Assembly: GCA_964019335.1 (NCBI GenBank) | Contig: OZ025693.1 | Location: forward strand, 434,001 to 498,000 | Length of the DNA stretch: 64,000 nt | Direction of reading: 5' to 3' | Source of the DNA: Diplonema japonicum | Taxonomy: Eukaryota; Protista; Euglenozoa: Diplonemea | Shown here: in pieces, positions 24,159 through 36,763 of the stretch | How the letters are laid out: every line of letters starts with the position of its first letter | Position numbering within the stretch: the first letter of the stretch is position 1 | Made by a program: the position numbers and the translations under genes | The notes under the pieces: model-generated | The model's database searches: none | Told to the model about the DNA's origin: nothing | What the model saw: only the letters and a program-made list of their open reading frames with translations

Positions 24159-26777
24159 TCAGAGTCGTAGTGTTTTGTTTATGTTAAGTTGGTCTTCAAT
24201 ACGTTCTATGACCTTAGGCTGTTTTATTTTAATTTATCGGTGGAGGGGTGAAAAGGTTTTTTCTAAAGGACGCGAACGGGCACTAAATATGCGAAATTTG
24301 CGGGGAGCTACTGCACGAAGCGGATGTAGATGTAGACTGACCACGTTAAGAAGTGCAGAAAAGCAAAGAGACGTTAAAGAAGATCCGGGAGTAAAAACGT
24401 GCAGGACACATTCTTCCAAATGCCAGAAAGCCGTGCTGACCGCGAAAGGCCTATTCCAAGATGTTTTCGAAAACGATGACAACGAGGCCCCTTATCTTCA
24501 ACGGGCATGCACCATTGCACTACCAACATACCTGTATCAAGGTCCCCGTGAGGTTCAGCGTTGTCATGGTCTGCTGCCGCATGATCAGTTCCAAGAGGGC
24601 AGTACCTCCTGCAAGGCTAATCGGGCTATTTTTTTTTTTTTTTTTTTTTTTTTTCCTATTTAGTCTACTTCCCATACTTGCTCGAAAGGTTCAGGGACTC
24701 CAAGTGGTCGCCTGGGACGTCGAGGAGGAGGTGGACTAGCGACCTTTTTTTTTCTTTTTTTTCTTGCCATTTCTGGTTTCCCCCTTTACCTGATCTCCCC
24801 GTTTTCTAGGTTGTTGTCCTGTAGGTTGAGTACTTTTAACCCACGATTGCGCCTCAGGACCTCCAGGAGCGGCACGACACCCTTCACACCTATGTAGTTG
24901 AGCCCTAAGTTGAGCTCTGTCATGTGTGTGCCTATTTCGGTGGGAAGCATTCTCAGGACGCCTGAGTTCGGCTTGATGCCGTGCTGCTGGCAGTGCCTTC
25001 GGTAGATCTGATGCAACGAGGTGCCTGGTGTCATCGGTTTCGGCGGCAGCTCAGGCGGCGTGCCCGGCATGTCCTGCTTCCCCAGCACGTCGTGGTGCTG
25101 TGCAGTCCTCTTGCCTACCAGCTGCTCTCCAGACGCCTTGTACTTTGCTTCGATCTCAGCCACCATTTTCTTCTGCCGTTCTTCCTCTTCCTCTTTCTGT
25201 AGCAGTTCCGCTTCTAGCTTCTTCTGATGGGCCGCCCTCGCCGCCGCCTCCTCCTCACGCATCTTCATCTCCTGTGCCTGCAGCATCTTCATCTCTCGTT
25301 CCCGCCGTGCGTTCTGCTCTGCCTCGACTTCCTGCTGTACCTTTTTCTTTCGCAGTTCTTCCAATTCTTCGTCAACAGGGGGACGCACCAGCTTCTCTGC
25401 GGGTTTCGGTGGTTCTGGACTCCGCTCAACAGGGTAGGTCCTGTCCATGGGGACAGGGTTCGTGGCTATGATCCCTGCGGCCTCGCGCTCGTGTAAGATT
25501 TGCTGCTTCTTAGCAGAAAACTCCCCTCGGATGGTCTCAAGCTCGCCCGCCCAGTGCTGCTCCAGGTCCTTCGGGGGGTTGAGTAAGAGAGGGTTGACGT
25601 GTGGCGGCGCCTCTGTAGGTGGGGGGTGGTAGATCTTTGCGAGGTAAGGGTCCTCCATCATGCCATCAGGGTCGGAGTCAGTGTCCAGTGTTCTGGGTTG
25701 TGAAGGTGGTCGGGAACTCACCTCCTCTTCGAGGATGTTCTTCAGGTCCTCATAAAGGGCAGAGCAGTCAATGACCAGCCCCCCCAGAGCGTGCGACTGG
25801 CACACTTCGGAGGCTAGCTTGGATATCATCAGATTGCACTGCATGACACTCCAGGGGGCGAGCTCCCTGTGCCACACGGTTTTGTAGTCATCTTCCAGAC
25901 TGCAGATGAAGCGCACGGCGTGGTCGGGGAGCGCTTTGATGGGGCGCTTGCAGGCATCGACAGCCTGCACGACGGCCTTCCGTAGGTGAAGGAGGTTTTT
26001 GATTGGGGTTTTCTGTTCCTTGGTGACGTCAACAGGTGTGTCGAGGGAGCAGTGGAGGTGGTCCAGCGAGGCAGCGGCCTGGACGATATGGTCTATAGCC
26101 TGCGTGAGGAAGGTAGGGATCTCTGGGATAGGGGGGGTGAAGTTCAGGCGCGACGTGGAGTTAAGTTTTGCGGACGAAGAGAACAGCACCCAGCTGCCCA
26201 CACCTTCGATGCACTGCTTCAGCAGAGTGACATTGGCAACGGCACAGTCTTCAAGGGCCTCGAGGAACTTCGCTTCGACCTCCGCAACAGTGCTGCACCA
26301 CAGGGCGCTGGACAGCTTCAGGTGTGGGTTTTTAGTCCTGTAACTAACAGAGAAGGCGTTGAGGAGCTCTAGGATCTTCTTCCGATGCCCTTGGAGGGTC
26401 TCTTTCCCCTCCTCCACCGCCTCCTGCTGCTCTTCAGCCCATGCTGTGTACCGCTTGGCCCTGTTCTGCGTTCCTCTGTACATCTTCACGTTCCGGATGC
26501 AGTCGAGGACTTCGATCAGGGGTGGGGCCACAGCGTTGAGGCCCTCTGCCATCTTGCGCTCCTCCACTGTCGTGATAGATCTCATCAGCACTGCCTCCTC
26601 TTCCTTGATTAATTCCAGAGCCCCACGACACTCCTCTGCGTCACCCTCTACTTCTTTGTACCTCGGACTCTCGGTACCTACGCACACTCGCTGCATTTCA
26701 CGCAGTGCATCCTTAGCGTGTTTCAACTGCTGCTCTAACCGCACCCTTTCACCGCTAAGCGACAGCACTGGGTTCAT
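24159..26777 (-). CDS. Coiled-coil protein with C-terminal RNI-like leucine-rich repeats
   Basis: Exons 26777-24790, 24743-24678, 24625-24532, 24218-24159; introns 24744-24789 (46 nt, AAG acceptor), 24626-24677 (52 nt), 24219-24531 (313 nt). Spliced tail LNLQDNNLENGEIRSLVHLLL...LESLNLSSNPISLAGGTALLELI...LNLTGTLIQPKVIERIEDQLNINKTLRL*. Confidence 0.85.
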
Positions 26778-27426
26778 GGGTGCCTGTACACCTCAACACA
26801 GCTCCCCCTCCCCAACTGCAAGGAAGTTAAAAGTAGTTTCACAAAATCAAAAACAAGAGAACGCGTTAGCCCATTGTAACAGGCACAGGACGGGGCCGCT
26901 GGAGAAACGTGTAAAGAGGAGGGGGAAGAGTATCAAAGAAAAGGGAGCAGCCCTGTAAACGGGCAAAACCTTGAACAACCTCTCGCATAAAGGAGGGATG
27001 GAAAAAGGAGAACAAATCAAAGAAAATCCGATAAGATTTCTGCGTGCAGGGGAAAGAGGGGAGTGCTCACTGAAAAACGGGTGTAGTTTTGAAAACAAAG
27101 AAACCGAAGCAAGTAGGCGGGGAGAGGGTTGGTGACTATAAACAAGGGAGCGAATGCCCAGGAGGAAGAAGTGTAGATGAAATATCTCCTCAACTTACGT
27201 GCAAGGCAATGGCAGCAAAGAAAATGAAGCAACACAAAACAAAAAAAGGAAAAATAAAAACTACTTTCCCCTTTCACAGGGACAATGGGTGTAGCAAAAC
27301 CCACATAAGGACCTAGTAGTCAGGGAGTGAGGGGGCCTAGGGCGTGAAGGGAATATATTTGTTTGAATGAACGACAAAACAAAATACAGATAAGGGAATA
27401 TAAAAAGATAATAATAAAACAAAAAC

Positions 27427-27457
<31 letters not shown>

Positions 27458-27521
27458 GCCTACAACAGCTTCAAACTAGGAAAGGAAGAAGAGAGATAAA
27501 AAAAAAATACACCCCACTACT

Positions 27522-29304
27522 TCATTTAGTGGCTGCTTTTTTGATAATCAACCGTATCTCACCACTTCTAGAGACGAACAGCATACCTGCGCCGTTTCTG
27601 TGTCCCTCGTAGTCGGAGCTTGAGAAGATCTGTTGGTTTGTATAATTGAGTGAAACTATGAACCACTTGACTGCATACCGTGATGACACGAGCCGACTTC
27701 GAGAGCCGCAGGCCGTCGGACTTCTCCTGGTGTGCCCTCACTATGTACTCGAAGTTGTGGTGGTCCAAGAAAGCATCGACCGCTTTCTTCCCGAAGCATA
27801 TGGTGCCTTCCCCACGCGCGTTACGTGAGAAGCCATACTCGTCCATGTCCAGGGCACGCTCACGCTCCTTGGGATCAGACCAGCACAGATCGCACGCGAC
27901 ACGGACCCAGTCACGCTCTGCAGGGTCGCAATCGTCGAAGACAGAGAAGGACACAATGCGCGGGAAGGCAGGGTTGCGCAAAACATTCATTCTGTCGTCG
28001 GCCCCGCCCTGGTACCTGGGCACACCCCCATGGGCGCAGAAGATCTTGTGGTCGATGTCCGCTGCAAGCGGGAGGTTCCTGAACACCACCGCATTAACCT
28101 TCTCCCATATGGCCATCCCCTTCTCGTACCCAAACACAGTGTTGCACTGCACTTGGAACGACGTCGCCCCGTAGTGTCTTATGTCCGCGTTGACCAGCGG
28201 GTCCTCGTGGTTCCCCCGCAGGAGTGTCACCTGCTCCGGACACGACAGCTTCAACGCCATCAGCAGCACCATCACCTCCATCCCGTAGCTGCCACGGTCG
28301 ACGTAGTCGCCCAAGAACAGCAAGTTGCACGCCGTGAAGTGCAGATCGGTGAACGAGATAATGGAGTCCAGAAAGTACACAAGATCCAAGTAGTTCCCAT
28401 GGATGTCCCCGAACACGTAGCAAGGCGACTTGATCTCCGTGTACAACGGCTCCCGAAGCAGGACCGCACTTACTTCATCGCACAGGTCGTGCACGAGAGC
28501 GGTGTAGCTGGGCAGGTCGTGGTTGAACGTATTAGACTCCTTGTCGAAGGCCTTCCGCATATAGTTCAGCGCGGCTGTGGCTGTTGGAGGCACAACACGC
28601 GGCTTCATCTTCTCATCCCTCAGAGCTTGGAGGGAGTGCTCGGTCATGATGCGGTCCAGGGAAGAGGGCGTCATGGCAGGGTGTGAGGGGTACTCCCGAG
28701 GGGAACGCGCTTCTGTGTTGGCCGTGCCCTTCTTCATCTTGTCGGGGAGGGAGAGGCTCAGGTTGTCAACTTCGTTGTCTGACTCGTCACCACGCAGCCA
28801 AGGGCTCCCTTTGAGTACACGAGGAGTGTCGCTTTCGCGCATGTCTTTTCTGCCATGTGCATCCTTCATCACCTTCTGCAGTGTGGTGGGCACTGTTTGG
28901 TTATGGCCGGTGATCACGAGCACCTGCGAGCTGAGCTTGTAACTTGTACCGTCCGAGGGCAGTACTTTATTGTGTCTCAGCTGCGCGCTCATCGGTGACT
29001 GCTCCGGGGTGTACGAGCCTTGGCTGAACACGCACCCCCAGTCAGTGTTGTTAAACTTGTTTTTTGCCCTCTCCTGCTCCAGCTGTTCTTCCAGCTCTCT
29101 GTTTTGCTCCTTCAGCATTTTCACTACCTCCGTCAGCTCATCGAGCTTCCCCCTCACCAGCTTTGTGCTTTCAGGTGGCGGTGGGGTTCTCGCCTTCCTC
29201 CTCTGAGGACTTGCTTCGCCCACACTGGAACACGGCGAGGAAGGGGTGCTTCCACTGAGGCTGGGTGTCTTCTTCGACATCGACAACCTGTGCTTGCCTA
29301 GCAT
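27522..29304 (-). CDS. PPP-family Ser/Thr protein phosphatase with N-terminal coiled coil
   Basis: GDIHG, GDYVDRG, LRGNHE, HGG, DLCWSDP, RAHQ. Intron 27630-27678 (49 nt, GTATG..CAG) restores VIT|IFSSSDYEGHRNGAGMLFV...K*. Probable ATG 29304. Confidence 0.9.
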
Positions 29305-29418
29305 GGCGTCTAATATTTGAAACAGTGTAATGGAATAAAGAGGCTTTGGTGGTTCTGAACTGCTGTACAAACAATGCGCAATAAATACAGAGTAACTATA
29401 GGCAAGTTAAATTAAAGA

Positions 29419-30669
29419 TCACTGCTGTGCGCAGCCGCCGCCGCCGCCGCCTCCTGCAGGCTCTTTGGAAGAATGATCCCCGTTCCCATCTGTCTCTTCC
29501 CTGGGGATGCCAAAATTTTCGAAAACTATGTTCCCGAACCTAACAGCGTCTTCCCAGGGCAGGAGGATGGGGACGCCGATGAGGGGGTACATGCAGCCTG
29601 CTTCCTTCAAGTCCGCGGGGGCGATAGCCCCGTTGACTCCCACAGAGGCAAGCTTCTCAATAAGGTTGACCTTGAAGGTGTTCGGTACGCCAGCTTCTTC
29701 CATTTCACCAAAGTAGAACACTTCCAGTGCAACCTGTCCCATGGACGGCTTCAGCTCCTCTGAGCTGTTGCGTAAGTCCCAGAACTCCATGTCTTCCAAC
29801 TCAGGGTTCCCTAGACACGCAAGCTGCTTATCCACGTCGTCTCTCCTCTTCCCGTGGTGTAGCTTCTCAAACACTTCCATCACCCCCTCGGGGCTGGTGA
29901 TCTCCTTTGCGATCACCACTTCCCCGATAGGTTGTACGGGGTTGTCTGCAGCCCTTCTCTTCTTCTCGTTTGCGTCCTCTTCCCTTGCTAATCTCTCAAT
30001 TTCTTCGAGCTCTTGCTTCTGCTGTGACACTGATTGTAATAAGTCCACAAGCCTCTCCCTGGCATCCTTCAAAGCATCTCTGGCACTGGGGTAAGTCTTT
30101 CCAGAGCCGATCATAGAGGTGGTGACGACACTAACAGGCTGTGCAGGGTCGGGGGTAGCTGCAGGTGCGGGCACCGATGTGGGGTTCACGTGAGCCGCCT
30201 TCAAGGGCGACAGGGTGAGGGTGCAATACCCGCGGACGGCCGCGCCCGTGCGGAGCTCCTCCACAGCCTCCTCGACGGTGTGGACACGGGTGCCGTCGAT
30301 ATGCGTGATGATTGTGCCTTTGGTGATGTCTGAGATTGGCTCCGGGGTGGCCGCCACCACCACAAGTCCTCCTTGCAGTACAAGATCGAGGGGCACCTCT
30401 TCTGTGTTGCAAGGCAGCCGCACAGTAAGACTCGTACCCTTCTCATCGCGCCCCGCCACTGTGGCCCCACTCATCCTTAGCCACTCACCATCTTCAAAAC
30501 TCACTGCCACATCACCATTGGGGTACGTCAGCTCCACATTCCCGGCAGACCCGAGATGCTTCTCTTGCTTCTCGTCCCACAGCCCAGGTCCTTGCAGCCT
30601 CTTGAACTCGTCCTTGTCCGAGATGATCCACACCTTCCGCTTCTGCGCTGACGGGTCTGCGAACGGCAT
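29419..30669 (-). CDS. Protein with Mind-bomb SH3-repeat-like domain, PDZ-like domain, coiled coil and CaaX end
   Basis: KVWIISDKDEFKRLQ..GLW.....LG..G.V...YPNGDVAV (Mib repeat-like); ITKGTIITHIDGTRVHT (PDZ-like); ends GGGGGGCAQQ*. ATG 30669 follows GTGCAG. Confidence 0.7.
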   Translation of the reverse strand: MPFADPSAQKRKVWIISDKDEFKRLQGPGLWDEKQEKHLGSAGNVELTYPNGDVAVSFEDGEWLRMSGATVAGRDEKGTSLTVRLPCNTEEVPLDLVLQGGLVVVAATPEPISDITKGTIITHIDGTRVHTVEEAVEELRTGAAVRGYCTLTLSPLKAAHVNPTSVPAPAATPDPAQPVSVVTTSMIGSGKTYPSARDALKDARERLVDLLQSVSQQKQELEEIERLAREEDANEKKRRAADNPVQPIGEVVIAKEITSPEGVMEVFEKLHHGKRRDDVDKQLACLGNPELEDMEFWDLRNSSEELKPSMGQVALEVFYFGEMEEAGVPNTFKVNLIEKLASVGVNGAIAPADLKEAGCMYPLIGVPILLPWEDAVRFGNIVFENFGIPREETDGNGDHSSKEPAGGGGGGGCAQQ

Positions 30670-30745
30670 GTTGAGCTGCACGGCGGTGAAACATGGCTTA
30701 GACGTGTTATTTACTCTTTAATACAATGCATGTAAATGCACAGTC

Positions 30746-31348
30746 TTACCTATCAGCCCTGATGGGTGTAAGTGTCTTGTGAAAGGTCGAGACGCGAGAT
30801 GGGACGCAGCGGAACTTCTTTAATATGAACCTGTGTGTCGGGAAGGGGTTGGAGTCCGTGGTGGCAGGGAGCTTAGGGGGGTGCAGAAAGTGCTTCACAG
30901 GACGGGGTTTCTTCATGACAGAGGAGAGCTTGAGCTGCTTCTGGATTTGGCTGTCAACCCAGTCTGTCGCAAACTTGTTGCTTATGAGGTCGCCTACTGT
31001 GTCGGGCTTCTTGAGCGTTTCTTGCGGTAATAAAGCAGCTTGTGCGAGCATGTTCCGTCTGATGGGCGCAGATTTGCATCTTTGGTACTCTTTTCTCCCC
31101 ACCACCGCTTCTTTATTCAGACTCATGAAGTCTTTCGTCTTCTGTTTTTGCCTTCTCACCTGTCCGTCCTTCCACGCCAGTGCCACGTCAGCTGCCCCTT
31201 CCGGGTTCCTGCTGTAAAGCTCCCCAAACACATGATCGCTGGGGAGCTCGGGGCTCCAGTACCTTTTTGGTGCCTTCCCTACTTCATGCTTTACCAAAAT
31301 AGGGTTCTTCGGTCTTGGCTTGCCCACTATTCTCGCGTCCTCGATCAT
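30746..31348 (-). CDS. CFAP77: CFAP77 (DUF4483)-like flagellar protein
   Basis: KNPILVKHEVGK...LPSDHVFG...EGAADVALAW...KDFMSLNKEAV...DLISNKFATDW...FILKKFRCVPSRVST match the CFAP77 family pattern as I recall it. Confidence 0.7.
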   Translation of the reverse strand: MIEDARIVGKPRPKNPILVKHEVGKAPKRYWSPELPSDHVFGELYSRNPEGAADVALAWKDGQVRRQKQKTKDFMSLNKEAVVGRKEYQRCKSAPIRRNMLAQAALLPQETLKKPDTVGDLISNKFATDWVDSQIQKQLKLSSVMKKPRPVKHFLHPPKLPATTDSNPFPTHRFILKKFRCVPSRVSTFHKTLTPIRADR

Positions 31349-31518
31349 CCTTTTGTATCCTGCAAGCTGGGTAGTTGCATGGGTAGAGAAAATACAACAA
31401 ATATGTTGATCGCCTTGATGACTTTCTTCTCTGTTTTGTTTTTTACTTTTCTTTTTTCTTTTCCATTCTCCCTTGTGTGTGTCAAAAACGTAAACGAGCC
31501 ACCTGAGCAGTAGCTACT

Positions 31519-33952
31519 TCACTCCCTCAGCTTCTCTAGCTCGTTGTTGAGGTCTGCAACAGGAACGCCACCAGGTTTGCGCGTGGCGGCAGTGCGGAGG
31601 TGCAGGGCTTTGATAGGGTCGTGTCTTTCTTCCCAAGAAATCCTGTTGTTGTTGTTGGCTATGCTAGTATTTTTAGAATCCATCAAGTACTGGATGGTTG
31701 GTCTTGAATAATACCAGTTTTCTGAAATGTTTTACAAAAAGTCCTCCCCTCGTAGAGGGGGGTGTTATTCATAGTATCCAAGGGTTAACTGATCAATTTT
31801 TCATGGATTTGTATTTAAGCCTTAAATGAGGCTCTATTTTGGGTTTTAGAGGTCGGAATGGTCTCAGATTGTCAAGAAAGGGATTTCGACAAAAGAGTTG
31901 TTTGTGTGAGGGTTCCCTTACATATTAGATCTGTAGACCTGGTCGAAAATCTAAAATTGCTCGGGTTGTATTTCAAAACCCGGCGGTGATCGGTTCACCC
32001 AATGCAATAGTAATTTATCTTCCTTGAGGGGTCGAAGAAGAACTGTAACCCTTGTGTCTAAGTGTTTTCGAGCACTGTTGCCTTATTTGTCACCAACACT
32101 CATCGGTTCCCCCAATTGTCACACACCATCTAGCCCAAAGCATGGCCGACTTGCCCAGTCCGGCGGGGCCCCGAAGCATTTTGTCAAACAACTGTCTCAC
32201 CTTGGTTTCGTCTGCATTCCCCGACTGCCCTCTGCCGCCTATTTTCCTTCTCTTGAGTGCCTGCACGGCATCCCCTCCACCACACTGCGAGATGGCTGCC
32301 GTCAGCAGCTGCGTTGCCAAGGCCTGTTGTGATGTGATGTGTGATGTCAAGCATACCTCCGGCAGCTTGTGGACGGTACTGAGGCATTCAATGGCATTCG
32401 CTGGGTCGGCCAAGATACATGTACCCCCAAACTGTGTGTATTTAATGATCACCTGTTTCAATACCTTAACAAGAGCTGTATCTCTCGCAGTGCCAGTCTG
32501 CATGGAGGACGCATCTCTAAGGTGCCTAACGACGGTGGCTTGCAGAGAAGGAGTGCCGTAGGTGGCGAGGACGTGTTGCGTCCACAGGACGTACGCATCG
32601 GAGCAAGCACGAGTCGCTGCGATGGAGGAGGTGAGGTACTCAAGGGATGTGTTGTAACGGAAGCTGAGGAGGTGTAGGATGACAGAGGGAGAAGGAGTGT
32701 TCTTGGCAGTCGCAGCAAGGAAAGGGGGGAGTGCGGCAGTACGGGAGGCTGCCTCCAGAACATGCGTGATGTCCAAGCAATGCTGCTCGCAGGTGACTGG
32801 GAGGCGCCCGTTGGCGACGGCTTCAAATGCATCCACCGTGGCCAGGAAGTGAGGGTGTGTCGCACCCTCCATGCTGCCCTGCACTACCTCCCTCAACCCG
32901 ATTTCTTCGCTCACGTCATAAGCCACCCTCATGGCCTCTGCTGCCACCAGCATCACACCTCCTATGCAGCCATCATCAAGCAACTTTTCATACACCTCAG
33001 CCAGCTGCGGGCATTCCGTTTCAGTGTCTTCCCCAGCTAGTTGCTCCACTCCGCTCCATTGCGCAGGTGTCTCACACCCATATTCAGCTTCGAAGAACCC
33101 AGCAGACACTGCCGTTGCTTTAGTCTTGTCGTCCTCTGCGTGGTGCGTCTCGAGATAGCTCACAATTGCTTTTTGTATGTTTTTTGTGAATTGGAACTTG
33201 CGGGCGATCTTCAAGAAGTCCAGAGCAAGGGACAAGCTGTCCTCCGACTTCGCTTGGGACTTCATCGCGTGCAAGAACACAACTTTAGGGATGCCCCCCG
33301 CCAGGATGCCCTTCAGAGAAGGTGCAAGCTCGTCCTGAGGGGGGTTTTCTTTGAGCTTTTCAAGCAGTTCGCCGAGATACGTAAGCTCAATCATGAAGTA
33401 GGCACGCCAGACCTTGATGCCTTCGGGGACGAGGCGGAGGGATCGCTGGAGGAGCCCGCGTGAGTTGTCGATGGAGTGGTGTTTTTCCATCTCGTACCTA
33501 GCGGCGTAGATCCAGACGTCCTGTCTGGAGGGGAACTCGTTTACGAGTTTCCCTAGCACCTGTCCGGCTTTCTTGTCATGGTCCTTCACCTTGGAGCTGT
33601 CGAGGAAATCCAGTTTGTGGTATGCTATCCTGATCCTCTCTTCGCCCTCAAGCGTGTCTGCAAACCTATCGTACAGGTTCATGATCCTGTCTGTGATGTG
33701 CTCATCGTGTCTGTTTCTCAATGGGGTCTTCGGGGATCTCCTATTCCTCAGCTGCTCCAGTGTCCTCTCGTAGTTCAATGCCTTTAACACTTCATTGTAG
33801 CAGCACCCTGGACCGTGTAGCATGTACTCCGTTGCCGTTCTCTTCTTTACAATCTCCTTCAGCTCATCCCTCGAAAACACATTCCTTGCGTAATAGTACT
33901 CCAGCGCCGGCACGGCTTCCTCCATAATCTTGTGCACAGCATCAGCCGCCAT
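31519..33952 (-). CDS. UTP6: U3 snoRNA-associated protein 6 (HAT-repeat protein)
   Basis: N-terminus MAADAVHKIMEEAVPALE...FSRDELKEIVKKRTATEY...YERTLEQLR; HAT repeats (VWIYAARYE, LLQRSLR, VWRAYFMIEL). A 484-nt intron 31643-32126 (GTGTGT..CAACAG) joins LWARW|ISWEERHDPIKALHLR...RE*. Confidence 0.85.
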
Positions 33953-34054
33953 TTTTTAAATTGCCCTCCCCAAAGGGCTCTGCTTCTGCTTCTGATGATG
34001 AAATGAAAACAAGAAATAAAATCTACATCACTTGCATCACTTGTAAAAGAGATG

Positions 34055-36028
34055 CTAAGTGGGTGCGGGTCTCTGCCACCTCTCAAGCACCTTGCTAATG
34101 GAATCAATCGCTAAGCGCATGGTAGCGAGAATGCTCCACGTGTCCCGATCACCGTGTCCCGTCCACCTGTTCGCTATGATCGATAGGTTGTGGTTCTGTA
34201 CAGGTAGCTCGGTGGACAAGTACTTGCAGTCCGGGCACATGATGCTAGTCTCGTCAACACGGATCTCCTCAATACATGCATGGCACACAGAGTGCCCACA
34301 CGGGTAGATCGAGTACGCATCTACTATGACATTCAAGCAGAACCTGCACACCAACTCTGTCTCCGTCACCTCATTGAAAGCCGCTACATTTGCCAGCACC
34401 AAGTTTATGTTTCCTAGCTCCTGCTTCAAAAGCAGCTCTCTCTTCTGGATAGCTAAGACCCTCGCTTCCTCTTCTAAGTTCGTCGCCTTGATACAGCACT
34501 GCACCCCTTTGCAGTATTTCCTGATCTTCGAATCCCTTATTTCTTGTGTCTTGTACTCCTCTATGATTGTTTGTTTCTTCTGCTCCGCAGCACACTTCAA
34601 GAACGTGCGCTCCCTAGAAAGTTCTTCATGAAGGCCCTCGTTGACATCCATCTGAGCAGATACTGTGGCATGTAGCTCACGAAGCTCTTCTTCTTTTGAC
34701 GTCAGCTGCTTCTCTATCGTATCGAAGTTGTGTGTCTCACCCGAGGCCTGGATGTGCTTCCTTACGTCTACCAACACTTCAAGTCGCAAGCCCTCCTTCA
34801 CAGCGTGCTCGGTGCTGGCACCAGTTTTTGCACCGTTTTTCCGCAGCATCTCTTCTGTCAGGTACTGGTCACGGTCGAGGGTCTGCACCTCACGTTTAAC
34901 TAGCAAAGGAAGCAATTTTAGTGACATCAATTCTCTGGTTCGCTCTGACTCCTGCATCATGGCAAGTTGCTCTGCGTGGTGTAGCTCCTGAGCGTGTTGC
35001 TTTACTTGTTTCGCCTGCTCTGCTGTAAGAGATTGCCTTTCCTCTGCAGCCCCCTCACTGCCGTCATTGGGTGGTGAGTGAGTGTGACTGCCTTTCCGCT
35101 GCAGTTCGGCAGAATTGGAGACAGGGGTTTGTGGTTGTGCCACGTACGGCCCCAGCTCGTCGTGCAAGCTCTGTCTCGGCTTGGGATCAGACGCCGACAA
35201 GTCACGCGACTTTGACTTCAACCTGAACCGGGATTTTTTCGAAACACTTGGCCTTGCTGTTTTCGCCTTTGAGAAATTCGGGGGCAAAACGGGGTGTGCA
35301 AGCTGCTCGTTTACTACCAAACGGTCACTATGTGACAGTTCTAAGGCCTCGACTTCTTGCAGCAGGCGTGCCTCAAGCATCATGAGCTCCTGCTCTCTTG
35401 ATTCTACAGGATGGCCCAGCCCGAGGTCATCGCCAGTGCTTTCGTAGGCGGGAGTTGCCTTCGATACTCCATTGGTTTTGAAGGACAGGGGTTGTTTCGG
35501 TAATGTAACGGACTTCTTAGACCTGTTTGGCTGATTCGACGTGCGGAGAGAAGACTGCTGCCGAGCAAAAGGGGCACTCACATCCGCTTCTTGCTCAGTT
35601 GCGTGCTCGCCTGTGGTGTTGTACTCCGTGTCTGATGATCTTGATATGAGCGGTGCTGCGTGCGGCGAGCGCGGCAGTAATTCGTCGAAGATGTCGTCCA
35701 CCTCTTCAAACCTGCGCACAGGTGGCAGCACATCCACCGGCACCAATCCGCCTTCTTCTTCTCCATTATCTTTTTTCGCTGCTGTTTCCAGCAGCTCGCT
35801 CTGCTTCTTCGCTCCCTCGTATACTGTCCGCAGACGCCTCATGAATATCTCGGTCATCGTCTTCACCCGCCCGGCCAGCAGCCGACAGTGCTCCTCACGG
35901 CTCATGTGCCGCTGTGTTTCTCTCTCTGCCTCACGCCACTCCACGCTCTCCCTTACAGGCGGATACTTCTCCAGCAACGCTATGTGGTCGCGCACCAGCC
36001 ATGGGTTGTCAAAGGTGTCGCCGTCCAT
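34055..36028 (-). CDS. Coiled-coil protein with C-terminal RING-HC finger
   Basis: 657-aa ORF; CRFC...PCGHSVCHAC...CPDC. Confidence 0.8.
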   Translation of the reverse strand: MDGDTFDNPWLVRDHIALLEKYPPVRESVEWREAERETQRHMSREEHCRLLAGRVKTMTEIFMRRLRTVYEGAKKQSELLETAAKKDNGEEEGGLVPVDVLPPVRRFEEVDDIFDELLPRSPHAAPLISRSSDTEYNTTGEHATEQEADVSAPFARQQSSLRTSNQPNRSKKSVTLPKQPLSFKTNGVSKATPAYESTGDDLGLGHPVESREQELMMLEARLLQEVEALELSHSDRLVVNEQLAHPVLPPNFSKAKTARPSVSKKSRFRLKSKSRDLSASDPKPRQSLHDELGPYVAQPQTPVSNSAELQRKGSHTHSPPNDGSEGAAEERQSLTAEQAKQVKQHAQELHHAEQLAMMQESERTRELMSLKLLPLLVKREVQTLDRDQYLTEEMLRKNGAKTGASTEHAVKEGLRLEVLVDVRKHIQASGETHNFDTIEKQLTSKEEELRELHATVSAQMDVNEGLHEELSRERTFLKCAAEQKKQTIIEEYKTQEIRDSKIRKYCKGVQCCIKATNLEEEARVLAIQKRELLLKQELGNINLVLANVAAFNEVTETELVCRFCLNVIVDAYSIYPCGHSVCHACIEEIRVDETSIMCPDCKYLSTELPVQNHNLSIIANRWTGHGDRDTWSILATMRLAIDSISKVLERWQRPAPT

Positions 36029-36073
36029 TTGCCTGCTTGAATAGTAAGGCGTGTGAAGGCTGGGCGCAATGAT

Positions 36074-36763
36074 TTAAATTAAAGTGGAGGAATTAAGTTT
36101 TTTCAAGATTGACGGTTCAGTGTAAGCAGCTTCGACGAAGGAGGGGAGTGAGTCCTCTGTGAGGTGGCTAATGGTCTCGAGCTCTGTAGGGGTGTTGGCG
36201 AGGGGGGTGGGGCGGCCAGCGGCCATTATATCAAGAGCTGCTTTGTTGGCAGGGGTGATGGGGATGTTGCTTGAGGTGATGATACGACGGAGGAGGGAGA
36301 CCTCTAGCTGGCGGAGGTAGTTTTCGTCTTCAAGGTGGGTCACACGGTCAGTGAGATCGCTAAGGAGGCGGCGGATCTGCGTATGTTGCGCGTTGCTGAC
36401 ACTGTCCTTTGAGGGAACAGCGAAGGATTTGCATTTCGGGAACTCGGGATGCTTGTTTGATATCAAGCCCATAGCACCACGTGTTTTGGCCACCTCTTCA
36501 CCTGTTGCCACCTCACCACTGTCCCCTGCCAGGGGAAACACAACCACCGAGCTATCCCCCAGTACTTCATCTTCTACCCCCTTCTTCCTGTCTCCCAGTG
36601 ACACCTTTCCTACATCCCTCAACACCTCGTCTAGCTCACCCTTCTTCTCACTTATTATGTTTCTAAACTCGCGATCTCTTTCTCTCTGCCGCGTGAGCTC
36701 TTTCATCACTGCTTTTGTCAGATGTAAATCCGCACTAAGGCCCACCTCCCCCACGTTTAACAT
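36074..36763 (-). CDS. Hypothetical coiled-coil protein
   Basis: Co-oriented ORF, probable ATG 36763 (MLNVGEV); heptads IRRLLSDLTDRVTHLEDENYLRQLEV. Confidence 0.6.
   Translation of the reverse strand: MLNVGEVGLSADLHLTKAVMKELTRQRERDREFRNIISEKKGELDEVLRDVGKVSLGDRKKGVEDEVLGDSSVVVFPLAGDSGEVATGEEVAKTRGAMGLISNKHPEFPKCKSFAVPSKDSVSNAQHTQIRRLLSDLTDRVTHLEDENYLRQLEVSLLRRIITSSNIPITPANKAALDIMAAGRPTPLANTPTELETISHLTEDSLPSFVEAAYTEPSILKKLNSSTLI

Noticed and set aside
24109-24663. 184-aa + strand ORF with Cys/His residues resembling a transposase tail
   Set aside because: It overlaps the LRR gene's exons and introns on - and runs through homopolymers.
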